This document shows, piece by piece, positions 12,302 to 26,522 of a stretch of DNA of 64,000 nucleotides. The notes beneath the pieces were generated by a model that saw only the letters and a list, made by a program, of their open reading frames with translations, had not been told where the DNA came from and made no database searches. Both the position numbers and the translations under genes were made by a program. Source of the stretch: Vermamoeba vermiformis (Eukaryota); NCBI GenBank assembly GCA_045837725.1, contig JBEWZL010000298.1, positions 1 to 64,000 on the forward strand, read 5' to 3'. The number at the start of each line of letters is the position of its first letter. Within the stretch, counting starts at the first letter, position 1.

Positions 12302-14867
12302 ATGGAGCCACTTGTCAGACTCGCTCTAAATGAATTAGCAGCATACGATGCGTTAGAATATAATATTAAGAGAGCAGCAAGCAGACCCGATCTGCTTGGC
12401 CTTTTCGTTCAACTCTTACCAAAAGAACTGCATGAAGAACTACTGAGCCGCGTGATCCGTCGCAATCTTCTCAACGATGATACAATCAAGTTATTCGTGC
12501 ACCCTAATTTAGTATCCCTCAAGCTCTCGGCTGCAACGTCGTTTATTTCAGATGCCACACTAGATTTGATACGCTCAGCTGGATCAAATTTGCGAGAATT
12601 ATCATTTTATAATTGCAATAATTTAAGCTCACCAGCGTTGTCTGCCTTGTTCCAGGTTTGAAATATATTCGAATTAATTTCAATTTTTAAAACTGAAATT
12701 GAAATTTATTTGCCAGGACCTGCACAATCTCGAGTTGATCAATTTTTCAAAATCTCCATCCTTTACCGCCGATGTAATGCACGCAATAGAGCACCACGGC
12801 AAGAAAATCAAGTCGTAAGTACTGTTTATAACAGGACATCCAAGCATCTCGTTAATCTTTTTGCTCTCTAGTATCATTCTCAATCGAAACCCTCAAATCA
12901 CCGATCAAGTGCTAACCGAAGAAGTATTTATTCGCGGCGGTGCTCGTTGGAACGAGATCAGTCTCTTGGGTTGCGCGAACATTACCGAGCGTGTCGTGTA
13001 CAGGCTTATACATTGCAGAAATTTAACGAAGCTCAATTTATCTCGGTACGTCCTTTGACGTTATTGTACGCATGGCTTATTAATTGTCCAACTAGATGTA
13101 CCAACGTCAAGTCATCAAATGCACTTGTCGATTTGGTTGAAAGCTGCAGAAATTTAGTTCATTTAAGGCTTGGTAATCTCAAGTACGATCGCACAATCTA
13201 TCATATATATGAGCGACTACTAACATAAGTGCAGGTGTGTGAACAACTCAGTCGTTCAAGCCATTGAAACATCGCTTGCCCCGCGGCTCATCAGTCTCGA
13301 TTTGTCGCGTACAGGCACGGGCTCAACACTCGCATTCATTCGATTGCTACAACACGCCCCTCTATTGCAAGAACTTCACGTTGACAACGTAGAAATGGAG
13401 CACTTAGTAGCACTGCAGACTTGTCTCAACATTCAAGAGATCCACTGTCAGTACCTTTTACCTTCAATCTTAACCACTGCCGATGTAAGCACTAATGTTG
13501 TTGCATTGCCTTATTTGGTAGTTAACTCGTCTTTAGAGGCAAGCTAGACTTGACTTAATGAAGAAATTCCTCACCATTTGCACGAGGATGCGCATCATGT
13601 ACGTCGTTTAATTATGCATTGGTACATATTCTAACTGTCCTATCACTAGTTCTGTAAATAAGATGGATGTACCTGCCGATTTAATCCACGTGATTTTAGC
13701 TAACAGTCCTAATTTGGAAGAATTAATGCTGATCAATTCGCAACAGCTCAACTATCAAAGCATATCTTTAGAAAGTCTACCAAAGCTCAAGCACTTAGAG
13801 CTTGGTAGCTGCAAGGATATTGACGATAAGTAAGTACTATTGATTTTAATGACGACGCGCTAAGCCATTGCAAACAGGACTATGGACTCGCTCTCGCTGT
13901 CGTATCCTAACTTGGAGTATCTTAATATTGGCCCTTCAACTGGCTTTACTTCTCTAGGTACGTGCAATTGACATTGCTATCGCATTCTTATTCATGAGTG
14001 TTACAGGCGTTAGTTACCTTGCTCGTGTAATTTCACTGAAGGAGCTCGATCTCTCGTACCTCACTTTGGACGATGAGATCCTGCCACACCTCATCAAACT
14101 AAGATATTTAGAGACCCTTGTGCTAAAGTAAGCTCTTTTTCTAGGACCTTTTCGAATTTGCATTTATTAACACAATTGTTCAGTTCCACCAAGATCTCAA
14201 TGAACACGTTACTCGCCGTCATCTCGCATTTGCCTTACTTGGATACACTCAATGCTCTGTCTTGCGAAAACATTTCAGGATTGCCCCTCGATAGCTCTCG
14301 CATAATCAAGGCTGGCTGTCACTCAAATCTCAAGCGATTAGATCTGTCCATGTCGATCAACTTGAGCGACGAGGCTCTGCTTGAAATACTCAGGCTCTGC
14401 CACAACCTCCAAACCCTGGATATCAGTGGCTGCCGATACATCTCATCTACTGTCGTGGAGCAGTTGTACACACTAGTGCCGCACGTTTGGGAACTAAAAA
14501 TTGCGAAAAATGATCGCATCTCCGAGGAAGGGTTTAGGACCCTGGCGAAACTTCGAAATTTGATTTCTCTTAACATATCTCTGTGCAATAATGTCACTGA
14601 TGGTACGTACCTGCCATTCTGAAATTCTGTAACTAATCATGATCAGATTTGGTACGCTTCCTGCTAGCGAACATTCCGAGGCTGAATATCATTCACTTGA
14701 TGGGCTGCAGTATTTCTGATAGTGCTGTGGACATGCTATTATATCACACTTCAACCTCACTGCACATATTAGCCATAATGAACACCCAAGTTACTCGGCT
14801 GACGGTTGAGAAGATCCGAGCTCGATTCCCCCATTTGAACGTGCACTTCCTCTCATCGAATAGCTGA
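12302..14867 (+). CDS. Cys-containing LRR protein (AMN1/RAD7/FBXL-like), possible BC-box/Cul2-box E3 adaptor
   Basis: Repeated LxxLxLxxCxxIxD units over many exons; N-terminal PLVRLALNEL...LPKELHEELL. Confidence 0.8.
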
Positions 14868-15085
14868 GGATTCTTGTTGACTAAAACAAGCATAATTACG
14901 AGTAATTAAAAAATATTTCAGCAGGAGATTGCAGGGAGATAAAGCGTAACGGCTCAGATCAGTCCAAAATAGGGCAACAAAATTTATTCGCATTATTCAG
15001 TACAGTTGGACTCAACAACATCTTTTATATAAACCATGCAATTTTGCTGAAGAAGTTTATTGAACCAGTGAACCAAACTTCCAGA

Positions 15086-16937
15086 ATGGTAAGTCTCATC
15101 CGCTCGTCTAAGTTTTAAATTATAATACTTGTTTCATTCTAAAGTATAAATAAATAAATTGTATGCGTGCCCACGGGTGATTAATAATTTTTAATTTTTA
15201 TAAAAACCAGATCGTCACTCGTCGATCGGTTATTAGTTTGCGCTAATATTACCACAATTTTACAATTATTTCATTTATCAATAGACAGGCGGGTAATTGT
15301 GCACTAATAATTTTGCATTGTGAATTACTCGATCCACGCAAATTAAATTTTAATTACCTATTCTTCAGACTTAACTAATTCGCGGTTATTTTTGCAGAGC
15401 AAACCAACGCCGCGTAGAAAGAGCTTGTCAGTGAACATTTCTTCCTCATCAAAACCGCCAAAGAAACCAATCTTTGTAACCAAGATCGGCAAGAAGGTGT
15501 TGGCGCGCAAAAGTCGACGAGGTCCAGACAGTGTCGAACTATTTTTAAATATGTTTTTAGAGAACAACGACGCACCTTATGCGCCTATTGACTATTATTT
15601 GGTGGAGAAGTGCGTGCGATTTATCGCCAAATCAAGTATGTATCTTACAAGCAATTGCCACGCGATGATGAAGCTCATTTGTATCGCTGATAGATCACGA
15701 CGAAAGCTTGAACTTGTTTGCAGCAAAGAAGATGCCTATGGGTGATGTTAGAACACTGTACAAAATGTGGAATCGTGATGTACCTCTCGAAGAATGGCCT
15801 ATCTCAGTCGTTGCGGCAGTGCTGAAAGTCTATTTGAAAATGCAAGAAGAGCCTATTGTGCCGCACAAATTCTACGAGCACTTCAAGCAATTGATATGTG
15901 AGTTGCAGAAGGTATATCGAAAGAATTTAAATATTGATTTTGTTTTTGTAGCGGACGAATCGAAAGATTTGGACCGACAGTTCAGACTAGTGAAAGAAAC
16001 CTTCAAATCGAATGGACCATTCAAGTGGATTTGCGCGTTATTCCTTCACTGGCGTGATGAGAGGAAGTTGCCGACATTTATTCTGAACGAAATGGCGAGA
16101 GATCTTGCACCTTTCTTAGTCAATTATAGTGAAAGTCCCGGAGGTCGTGCAGCCGAATATTTTGAAGAGTTCCCCGAGTTTTTGTTACATACAATTGACA
16201 AATTTGCCACACTTTTTGACTCACCAAACGTAAGTCTTTGTAATTGAATTTCCGTTCAGTGCTCCAACCGACGTCCTAACATGCTTCATTAGCCTGACTT
16301 GATTCATGGCTCTCAGTCTGACGCCAATTCGTTGCTTAAGTTCGACACATCACGGTCGAATTGGGAATCGAGCGACGAACACTCTACAGCGAGTGATGTT
16401 GGGTTTATTCGTGCCAGTGCCTCAGACTCACTTCTGAGCATTGGTGATAGCAAGTCGATGCCAGTATCGCCAGTAGGTCATCGTCGACATCGCGGCAAAC
16501 AAGAAGACAGTCCCGCTAGACTGCGATGGTCGGGCGAGTATCAAGACAAGCTCGAACAGGCACGCAAGGTCGCGGCGGAATTCTATTGGAATCAGCCTTA
16601 CAAGCCATTGCCGGCCAGACCTACCAAGGAGAACACGCGGCGGTACTCAGTGGCGGTGATGGAGGGCGATCACAATTCGACACCAGATTTGACCACCGTG
16701 AAAGAAGAGGAGAGTAGCGCAGACGTGGTATCTTCGCCCAGAGAACGCAAGCGCAAAAAGAAGTCCAGTAGTGTTAAAATGACGCTGCTGGCGTCGTACA
16801 AAGACGACACTGGTCGCGCGCACAGCAAAGAACTAACGGCACTGCCGATCACGACTCTGAACGACATTGTCGAGTGTTTGAAGGAGACACCGGAAGGCAC
16901 CATTAATATCAATAGTATTACTATTAAAATTGTATAA
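15086..16937 (+). CDS. RhoGAP-like domain protein (probable pseudo-GAP) with low-complexity C-terminus
   Basis: LVEKCVRFI, VVAAVLKVYLKMQEEPIVP and LARDLAPFLV-type helices of RhoGAP; first coding exon inferred to be ATG only (15086-15088, followed by gtaagt). Confidence 0.65.
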
Positions 16938-17180
16938 TATCCTTGTATCTAAAATAAATGTTCATAGAGAATTCAAATCCCGATCTGTGTTTTCATCCCG
17001 ATATCTCAGGGAAGCGAGTGACGTTTTGGTCAAAAATGGACAATTTCATAATTTATCAGTTCTAACTGTTTCGAGTACCATACTAGCGTTCTCTCTTATT
17101 AAAAAGACGAGACCTTTTAGCTTAGAGAACCAGCTAAGCGCAACGGTTCAAAAAGCGACGGATTTCAGGACCGAAGTGAA

Positions 17181-20100
17181 ATGCAATCAAAACTCCTGGC
17201 CGTTTTATTGATTACAACGGCGATATTATGTTATGTCGTCGCTCAAGGTGATCAACCCAATGGAATGTCGGTAAGTTGGTGGTTGTGATCAAGACTCCGG
17301 ATTTATGTTCGTTTGGAAGTTAAAATTTTCACTAATAATGTTTATGTGATAATTTCTATAATAATATTTTGCATAAATGAGCAAGGAATGTCCCGATTGT
17401 GGCAAATCTGAAGAACAAAAGTTCCGAAATACGAGCCCAATTCCTAACTTTTAATATTTAGATCGTTGGAACGACTAATTTCCCGGGGTTAGGCACCATA
17501 CGTGCTATAGCTTATTCAAGCGCAACGGGGACAGATGTGTATTACATAGCTGCCGACCACATTTTATATAAGGTAAAATACATGATATCTATATGATTAT
17601 AATACTTTTACACTACTACTTAATATCAATGAGTCGGCAGCAAACGAGCAGGCACGCGTTTGAAAATCTATTTTTAGGTTTCGGCATGTTAGGCAAATTT
17701 TTACAACTGATCCTTTTGCTTTTGCTAGGTTACTGGCAATGTCACTAATACTGCGAGTCGAACAACCATTTGGACAGGAGCCGCGGTCAATGACACAATT
17801 ATCTCACTGATGGTCGATACAGTAACAAACAATTGTAAGATCTCCAATTATGGGTATTCAATTCGTATTTTAACTCACAAACAAATTTATCCGTAGTATT
17901 TATTTGTACGAGTTTCAGCCGCTCGCTACGACGGTTCAATTTGTTGAACGATTTGGCTGCCAACGTGCGCGTCTACACTGCAGGAATTTCTCTGACTGTC
18001 CCTTGGATGGTACGCAAATCACGCGTCAGTAGCACTAAGTGTTAATCTATTTCTTAGCAATGTGTGTTGGACACACCCGGCACAACAACGGGTATCGTTT
18101 GGATCGCTGCCGGCACGAGCGTCGCATCAGTGCAAAGCATCTACGCCTCATCGGGCACATTCAGATCAACGGGAGTCAGTTCATCCACAGCCATCAACAC
18201 GGTCACGGTCGATGATGCCAACGTGAGTAGCGGCTCTTTGTAATGCCTAGAACCCAGTTCTAATGTCACGTGACAGGTCTATTGGGGTGCGGCAGCAGGC
18301 AGAGTGTTAAAAACACCAAAGACCAATCGCAACTTGGTCACTGCTTCAGTCACATTCAAAGTTTTATCCATCGGCGCGGTACGTCGTGTGTTCAGTGCAA
18401 GCTCAATCAAGACTAACAAATGCATGTAACAGGTCCTAGCCTCAGGCTACAACCCCAACACGGGCCTCTTGTATTTCTCTAGCGACACTAGTCTCGTCAG
18501 CGAGGTAAGTCGACCTAGCCGAGTCGTTGTAGCTAGTTATTAACCACCCATTTGCAGATCAAAGCAGCCACATTCGGATTCGCACGTATTTACCCGGAGA
18601 ACAACGTGCAGTTCCCAGTCATGGCACTCGACACCACTAACAATGCGATGGTGTTGGCTGCGTACGACCCTTCAACTGCAACACTGTACTTTTATCGAGT
18701 GTCACTGAGCGGCGATCAAATGGAGCGCTACGCCACAGTGACAGCAGGCTCAATGAACGTGTCCTCAGTGTTCATTGACAGCACTAATCGCATGATGTAT
18801 TGGGGTTCTACTTCGGGCAATTTGGTCGGTTTGAGTGTCGCTAATTGTGCGAGGACTTGTTTGGACTGTTCGAGCGACCCTGATTATTGGTGGGTGCTAC
18901 TTGTACAAATGCTTGTCAATCTAACCATTATACAGCGGCTTCTGTTTGAGCTCAAGAACGTGCACAGGATCTAACGGCTGCACTGGCACTAACTGGCGCA
19001 GAGTTGGTAGCTACGAGTGCCCTGGTAAGTCAGACGACACATCATATATCATTGCAGCAAGCTGATAATTTGTTTGCAGTGTTGACAACCGTCACACCTA
19101 GTTCTGGCTCAACAGCTGGTGGTACAGTGGTGAAGATTGGTGGTTCGTTCTTGTTGGACGGATCGGTGATTGACAGCAGTGTGGTGGGCTGTGTTGTGGA
19201 CAGCAAAACTGTCTCATCGACTTCAGTGACTTTCAGCGAGGTCACTTGCACCACTCCGAGCAGAACTCAAAGTACGTACGCTATGCGCAATATTTCTCGA
19301 GGCATTGCAAGTTAACCCACACCAATAGGCGCTGCTACGGCTACCGTCGATTCCTACGTGACCTGGAACAACGTACCTTGGGCTGACAACACGGTGCCGT
19401 TCCAATATTACAGTAAGTGCTTGGCGACCGTTAATATGAAGCACGTCGATTAATGTTTTCAGGATGTGAGAGTTACGGCAGCGATTGTGCCACGTGTTTT
19501 GCAAACCCTGAGTGTGGTCTGTGCGGCGCTACAGGCACGTGCTCAGCCAGCCGTTCGTGTTCATCAGGCTGGACCACCGTGTGTCCATGTAAGTTTGCAG
19601 TGCCTTGTACGAGTGTCGTTCTAACACCGCGCAGCAATCACTTCGTTCTCACCAACGAGTTCGTCTATTCTTGGCGGCGTCACCATCACAGTGACTGTCT
19701 CGCCCAGCATTGTAACGTCAGTGAGCTACAGATGTCTGTTTGGCTCTATTTCAGTGGCCGGTAAGTGAAGTTTCATTGTCTCGATCCAAGTACTTACTCT
19801 TTTTTAGCCACTGTCGTCTCATCCACTCAACTCACGTGCGTAACACCCGCCTTGTCATCTGGCCAATGGAGTTCATTAAGCAACGGTGACGCTGAAGTGC
19901 CAGTCTCGTTGAGTGTTCAGCCCACGAGTGGCAGTGCACAGCCAATCTCGACCATTACCAGCACAAACTTTTTGTTCTACGATTGCCCGTCGTACGAGTC
20001 TGACTGTGCGCGCTGTGTCGATCAGTTTGAAACTGTGAAACGAAAGCCTGAGTGCACTTTTTGTTTTAATAGTCAGGCCTGCAGCTACACCTCGCAGATC

Positions 20101-23100
20101 ACAAGCTCTTGCAACACTACCGGCAGCTGTCCTTGTAAGTCATCGTCAACGGAGCCGGCTGTTCAAATCTAACAACATTCAGTTATTACCGCGGCCAATC
20201 CACCCACGCTTCACACGTCTGAAGTACAATCGGCTGGAGTCACCACCGTGCTGTCATTCAGCGGAGCAGTGGGTACCGTGAAGTGTGCTTGGGACACGGG
20301 CAGCGTCAATCTCATCGCCAACGGTGTGACAGCGACCTCGGTATTGCTCGGGTGAGTGTGCAGTAACCTTGTCACTTGTTGCAGTTGTTAATCACATCGA
20401 ACAGCGCCGGTCAACTTCAATGCACCATTCCTGCTGGTCTTTCAATCGGTGATCACACGGTGAGTTTGTGGACCTCGCTCAACTCCACTTTCTATCGACG
20501 CGTCACTCCGAACTTGACATTCAAGATCTACGACTGTTCAGTCACTTCTTGCGAGTTGTGTTATGACGCCACTGACAGACCAAAGTGTGCGTGGTGCTAC
20601 GAGGACTTGGTGTGTCAATTCAACACCGCTGTGTGCACGACGCAAATCACGGACCCAGCGACTTGTCCCGTCATCACATCGCTCTCTCTGGACCACGATG
20701 TCATTCAGGGAGGTGTTACTATCGATGTGCGACCCAACTACCCACTTGCCACGTTTGCTACTATTAACGTAAGTAATACTAATGACCTATGATAGCATTG
20801 GATTTAATGATTCCTATCAGTGTAACTTCAACGGAAATGTCCGCAGCGCTGCGCATTTCAACGACACAACCGTGCAGTGCTTAGTGCCCCCCGCAGCGCA
20901 AGCAGGACAAGTCAATTTGCAGCTCGAATCAGGAGGTGTAGCCCTCACTCGTGCCACCAACTTCACGTACTACGATTGTTCGCTGGTGACTGGTGGCTGT
21001 GAGAACTGCATCACTGATTACACCTCGCGCTGTGGCTGGTGCGGTGCTTCGTGCGGCTTTGGCAACTGCACTGACTCTGGCAATCCTGTCACTGAAGTCT
21101 GTCCAAGTACGTGCTCTCCTCGTTAATTGACCAATACTAAGCTTCGTACAGGCATTACTAGCATCTCCCCCGCTGTTGGTTATGTTGACGGAGGTGATCC
21201 CGTGCTGATCCGCGGTGGTCCGTTCTACTCGCGTCAAGGTTATATTTACACGTGTCTCTTTGGAACGAGCATTGTCTCTGGTAAGTAGCACTGATATCTC
21301 AGTTTTACGAGCACTCACACCTGTTGACAGGTGAGGTCGTTGCAGATCCGCTCAACGCTGAAGCACTGGCGGTGCAGTGTTTGACTCCTGGCGGTGGATT
21401 TGGCACAGTCGCGGTCAAAGTGTTCGTCAACGGCATTCAAGTGCATCCTGGTGCTAATGTCACGTTCACTTTCTTCAGTAAGTCGCGCTCATTGACGCAC
21501 GAACCTTATCCATTCTAACACGACTTCTATCAGCGTGCGATGCTATTGGCGGAGATACGTGCAGTAACTTGTGCACGGCACAGCAGTACTGTGGCTGGTG
21601 CGTCGAGTCCAGTGCTTGTTTGCCTCAGAGTCGATGCACGAACAAACTCTTCTTGGAGGAGTGCATCAGTAAGTTCTTGCAACGGGCACACCGACCTCGT
21701 GACTAATGATTATTAGGCATTCAACTCTTGCCCACACACGTCGAGTTGTCGCAGCCAGCACAAACCATCGACATCGTTTTTTCACCGAGTCTGAACTTCA
21801 ACACGACTGGACTGACCACTAACGGCACTAGCTCTAAACGACTCATTGAAGCCGAGTCCGGCAGTCTTGTGCCCTCACAAGTCGAGTGCGATTGGGTCGG
21901 ATATCTCAAGTAAGTGTTCTTGAGGCCTCAGTACCAGTTTGTTTGCTAAATCTATCGCCACAGGACCTCTGCTTACATCCGCGATGAATCCACGCTGTTC
22001 TGCTCCACACCGTCAATTGTGAAAGAGTCAGCTGCGGCCTTGCAAATCTTGTACAACGGCGTGCTACTCGTGCCTACTGTGCAATACAACTTTGTCTCGT
22101 GTGCTGAGGTGGACTCGTGCGTTGAGTGCTCAAAGAAAGAGTTGTGTGGCTGGTGCTTGGAAGACAATGCCTGCAGCGTAGACTTCTTGTGCACATCACA
22201 GTGGGTGAATCGAGATTGTCCTAGTAAGTCCCAGTCAAAGCCTAAATACCTCGTCATTGTACTAATACATGTTCAGCACTGGAGTCAATTGACCCGTCAG
22301 TCATCAGTGAAGCAGGTGGCGTCAACTTGACGATCTCGGGTCGTTATTTCTTGGACAGGTGAGTGTGCATTGCAGAGTCACTTGTTGCAGATGCTAATTC
22401 TGTTGACAGTCCGAGCACTTCAGTCACTTTTGGAAGCAACGTCACTCTGTTCCCCAGCGAAGTGAACAGCTCTCGAGTGAGTACATTTTTTTATCGGTAT
22501 ACTTTCGATGACTTAATATGTTGTCTTCTAGCTTGTAGTCGTTGCACCAGCAGGTGTGGCCGGCAAGAATGTTGACGTTAAAGTGCTGTACAAGGGCGAG
22601 CTGTATGCTGTAAACACGCTCATCATCGGCTACACAAGTGAGTATCGCAGATGTACATGTATTGCACATCGGTATTAATGCTCTTCGTTAGACGACGGCT
22701 CGTTGAAGCAAGATCAAGTTGCAGGCCTCGTCTCTGGTGTTGTAATTGGTGCCGTAGTTCTCGCGGGTGTGGCTGTATTCCTCGTGTTGTACCTGCGAAG
22801 AAAGGCGAAGAAAAATCGCAAGGGCCTATTCATCGAAATTAAGGAGCCTGACTACGAAAAGGTCGCGTACTTGGAAGATTTGAATTCACAGTGGCGTGTC
22901 ACAGCTGACGATGGCTACAAGTTCCTCGAAGATGTGGTGATGAGCCGTGACCGCACATTCGTTCAGGCCCTCGCTAAAGTCACAACGCCCACCGAGCTCG
23001 ATGTCGTAAGTACCCTTTGATTGCACCGTCGTGGTATGCCTTGATTTTAACGTGACGATTTAAGATTGGTCGCTCGTTGATTTACATCAGCCACGCCAAT

Positions 23101-24186
23101 GGACGCAGCGCTGAAATGCTCCAATTCTTCTGCAACGAGACAGTGCGCGCGGCTGCAAGTGAGAACACCATCTTTAGAGCGGACAACTTGGCGACCAAGA
23201 TGTTCAAGTTCTACAGCAAGCTCGTCGGCTCGCGCTACTTGTACTTCACGCTCGTCAAACTGATTCTTGAGTTAAACACGGTCGCTGAAGAAGAAAAGAA
23301 GCGTCAAAATGAACCAAAAGAGCTCACGCTTGAAGTCGAGAATTCCGTCTCGATTTTGAACATTGAAATGGAGGTTGATCCAACGCATCTGGATCCGTCT
23401 AAGAACATTGACACAGAGGCGAGCAGTCTGCAACTAGCGCTGTTCTGTCAGAAGATCTTCACAGCGATCAGAACCAATACGGATCGAGTTCCGCCCGAGC
23501 TGCGCCACGTGTTCATGAAACTCGACGAAGTGATCAACGAACGATTTGGCAGTCAAGACGCAGTGTACAAGGCGATTGGAGGCATGATGTTCTTGCGATT
23601 CATTTGCAACGGCATTACAAATCCGCACTACTACGGCTTGCTGGAAGGACCGCCCAATCCTATCGCGCAACGCCAACTGATTTTGATCGCCAAGTTGTTG
23701 CAGGCCTTGGCGAACATGTCGCAGCGAAGAGAAAACAAGTTCATGGAGACGATGTTCGAGTTTATTGACAAGAACGTGAACAAAATGAAAGAGCTCTACG
23801 ACGACGTGTTGAAGCCGCCCAATAATCGCGCCTTGAACGAAAAGATGCAAATGGATCTCAAAGTCCCCGAGCAAGTGCGCCTGAACTCATTGGCCAACAT
23901 GCACGAGCTGATCAACCGAACTCAGCCCAAGTTGCGCAAGATCTTCGAAGAGATTGACGACGAGGACAAGTCTCGTGCGATGATTGAGACGTTGGACGCC
24001 ATCATTACTCGCTATGGAGAAACGCCTGAAAAGATTAAGCGCCAAGAGTCGAAGAAAAAGATGAAAAAACAGCCCAACTCCAGGACCGAGTTGCTTAGTG
24101 CAGCGCCAAGCACGTCATCGATTAAAAAGGGCAACGCTTCTAAGACTGAGCTCGTGAGTGGGCCTAATTCTAGCTCCACGAACTGA
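17181..24186 (+). CDS. Plexin-like type I receptor: beta-propeller, 7 PSI+IPT/TIG units, TM helix, RasGAP domain
   Basis: Signal peptide MQSKLLAVLLITTAILCYVVA; repeated CxxC...CG(W/F/L)C PSI motifs alternating with IPT motifs (TPSSGSTAGGTVV, SPAVGYVDGGDPV); TM VAGLVSGVVIGAVVLAGVAVFLVLYLRRK; RasGAP IFRADNLATK and FLRFICNGITNP. Confidence 0.9.
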
Positions 24187-24335
24187 GCGCTTTGTATGTA
24201 TAATAAGTAAACGTGTATTTTCTAATTTGAGTTAAAAAACCGAACGATCAAAAAGCAGCGAGCACTCATGAAAGGCCAATCAAAAGATAAAGAAAACGTT
24301 TCAGAAATAAACTGACAATGCAACAGTCGAAGAGC

Positions 24336-25581
24336 TCAAAGCTTGCCCCTCTTCTTTTTAATAACTACAACGGGGACGGCAATGGCAGCGACTACTACAA
24401 CAACACCCACGGGGATTACTATGGCCACAACAGTGTTGACGTAAGCTTCGTACAATTCATAGGGCTGTGCGTCGGTAAAATTTTGCGTGGTGACAGCTCC
24501 TGTCTCGATGTGCCAAGTGTTGACATTCACCCAGCCAAGTGTAAAGCCTTGCCTAGAAGGATGGCGAGTGTAATATACTCCCATCAGAGCGATTAATTGT
24601 TGATTTGTTGCGTCGAACAGCGCTGGCCAAAATCCAGGCACGCTGCACATCAACTTCAACACGAGTACTGTGGTCGGATCTAATGTCGTTTCGTCCACAA
24701 AGTACGTGTTGTATGACACAGGACTGCCCACTCCGATTAAATATCCTCCGCTGGACAAGCCCACGAATTGTGCCCGTCCAATGTTGTACGGTCCATATTC
24801 AGAGTCGTACGACGCTGTGTTGTTCACTGGAAGGTCTACCAAGGAGGTATACGCCGACTTGCTGTTCAGATCCACGATTGTCAATGTATTAGATGAGTAA
24901 CCAAAGTGCAGCACGTAAACTTTGCTTTGATCCGAAGATGTCTGTTGATGTCAAGCAATTAATCATAATACCCTCAAGTAACAAAACACTCTAAAGCTAT
25001 TTACCCAATAATAAAGAAGGTCCGCAGCACTACCGCCAGCGAGTAGAGGGTACTTGACATCCACTCCCAAGTTTGAAGATGTGAGTTGTCCAGTTCCATT
25101 GCTCGCGAGAGAAAACTGCCAATCGGTAGTAACTTGATTCTACAATAAAATGATCAAAATTTGAATTGATTGGGTGCAAGCTTACGGATGCAGACGAAGT
25201 GGCAAACAAAGGAAGGGACACCGGAGATAAACTCAGCTCTCCTCGCTGCAAGTCAAAGACTAGGTCCCTCACTACTCCGCCAGGAGGACCAGGTCGAGCA
25301 TCTCCCGGATGGTAAAGATAAGCATTGAAAGTGATCCTGTTAAAATCATCCTTGACAAATGCCACTCGATCAATGCGAGACATCCTAATCATTTGTTAGC
25401 AAACTGATTTTAATGTATTACCCCGTTAATGTCCAGCTTACGTCAAATCTGGCACGTTGTTCAAATCAACACCCAAGCGCACTATCATTGTATCATCCGT
25501 ATTTATGGTCTTAATTGGATAGATAGGTTGACTAACTACATAGGCAGTCAAAAGAATCGCAATAATAAGATTTCGAAACAT
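24336..25581 (-). CDS. Uncharacterised type I membrane protein
   Basis: Signal peptide MFRNLIIAILLTAYVVS, beta-rich ectodomain over 3 exons, TM VVAIVIPVGVVVVVAAIAVPVVVI and short KKKRGKL tail. Confidence 0.75.
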
Positions 25582-25958
25582 TACAGTAGCGGATCGATTC
25601 TTACTGTTCTGACAGCATAGATGTTAATTAAATGCTACGTCTTAGAAAAATGTACGTAAATACCTTTTGTGTTGCTGTCAAATAGAGGTTATGCAATAAT
25701 GAATTACTTCCCCACCACCCCACGACAAAATGACAGTGCTGTCAGCTTGTCAACAAGAATAAACGGCGAATATTTCGGTAGTTTCCAATTGCGTAATTAT
25801 AAATACGTTCAGAAAAGTAATCATATTTAAGATTCGCGCAGCAAGACCAAGATCCAAGATACGGCAAAGGTTATATCAGCATCGCCACTAATGGTTTGAG
25901 CACGGGACTGGAGAGCTCGTAGACCGTGCACGCCGAGTCAGCATAGCTGCCCGCTCTG

Positions 25959-26522
25959 TCAGCACCGCGTAAACAGTTCAAATAGTGACCAGGATGGGTC
26001 CGCTGTCACTGGCGCGCTGCTGATGGTAGTGTTCTTGCATCGAAATTCAAACTGAGAACTGAAGAATTGAATGCGACAAAAGCTTCCAGCATCAATAGAT
26101 CCTAGCTCAACCGCTCTATTAGGCCAATTAGAAATCATTTGACTTTGACCACATGTCTCTAGCGGGGCCGAATCTGAGCAAATTCAATGGTTAACCGAGA
26201 ATCTTATTAATTGCATTTCTTAATGGAAGTCCTACCAGTAGAATCCACCGTCATAGTAAAGAAAGGGTTTGGCTCGCTCAGCGTGCTTGGATTGGCGATG
26301 TTAATTGCAGAAGAAGGAGGCGTTGGTAATTGAGCAGAGAAGTACTGCGCGAGGCTAATATTACGGTAATTGGTTACTAGAATGCTATGACGCCAGTATA
26401 AATAATATTCATAACGCTGTGACTTACTTAGTTGATATCGAGTTCCAGTCCGTTGCTGGGAGCTGCGCCTTAGCACCCAAGAGTGCCAGTACGACGATAA
26501 GAAGTTTTAGGATAGGTACCAT
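25959..26522 (-). CDS. Small secreted protein of unknown function (about 145 aa)
   Basis: Signal peptide MVPILKLLIVVLALLGAKA; two GT-AG introns keep the frame to a TGA at 25959. Confidence 0.5.

Noticed and set aside
16937-16950. ATATCCTT as an AT-AC U12 donor
   Set aside because: It lies at or after the stop codon, with no matching branch site or AC acceptor seen.
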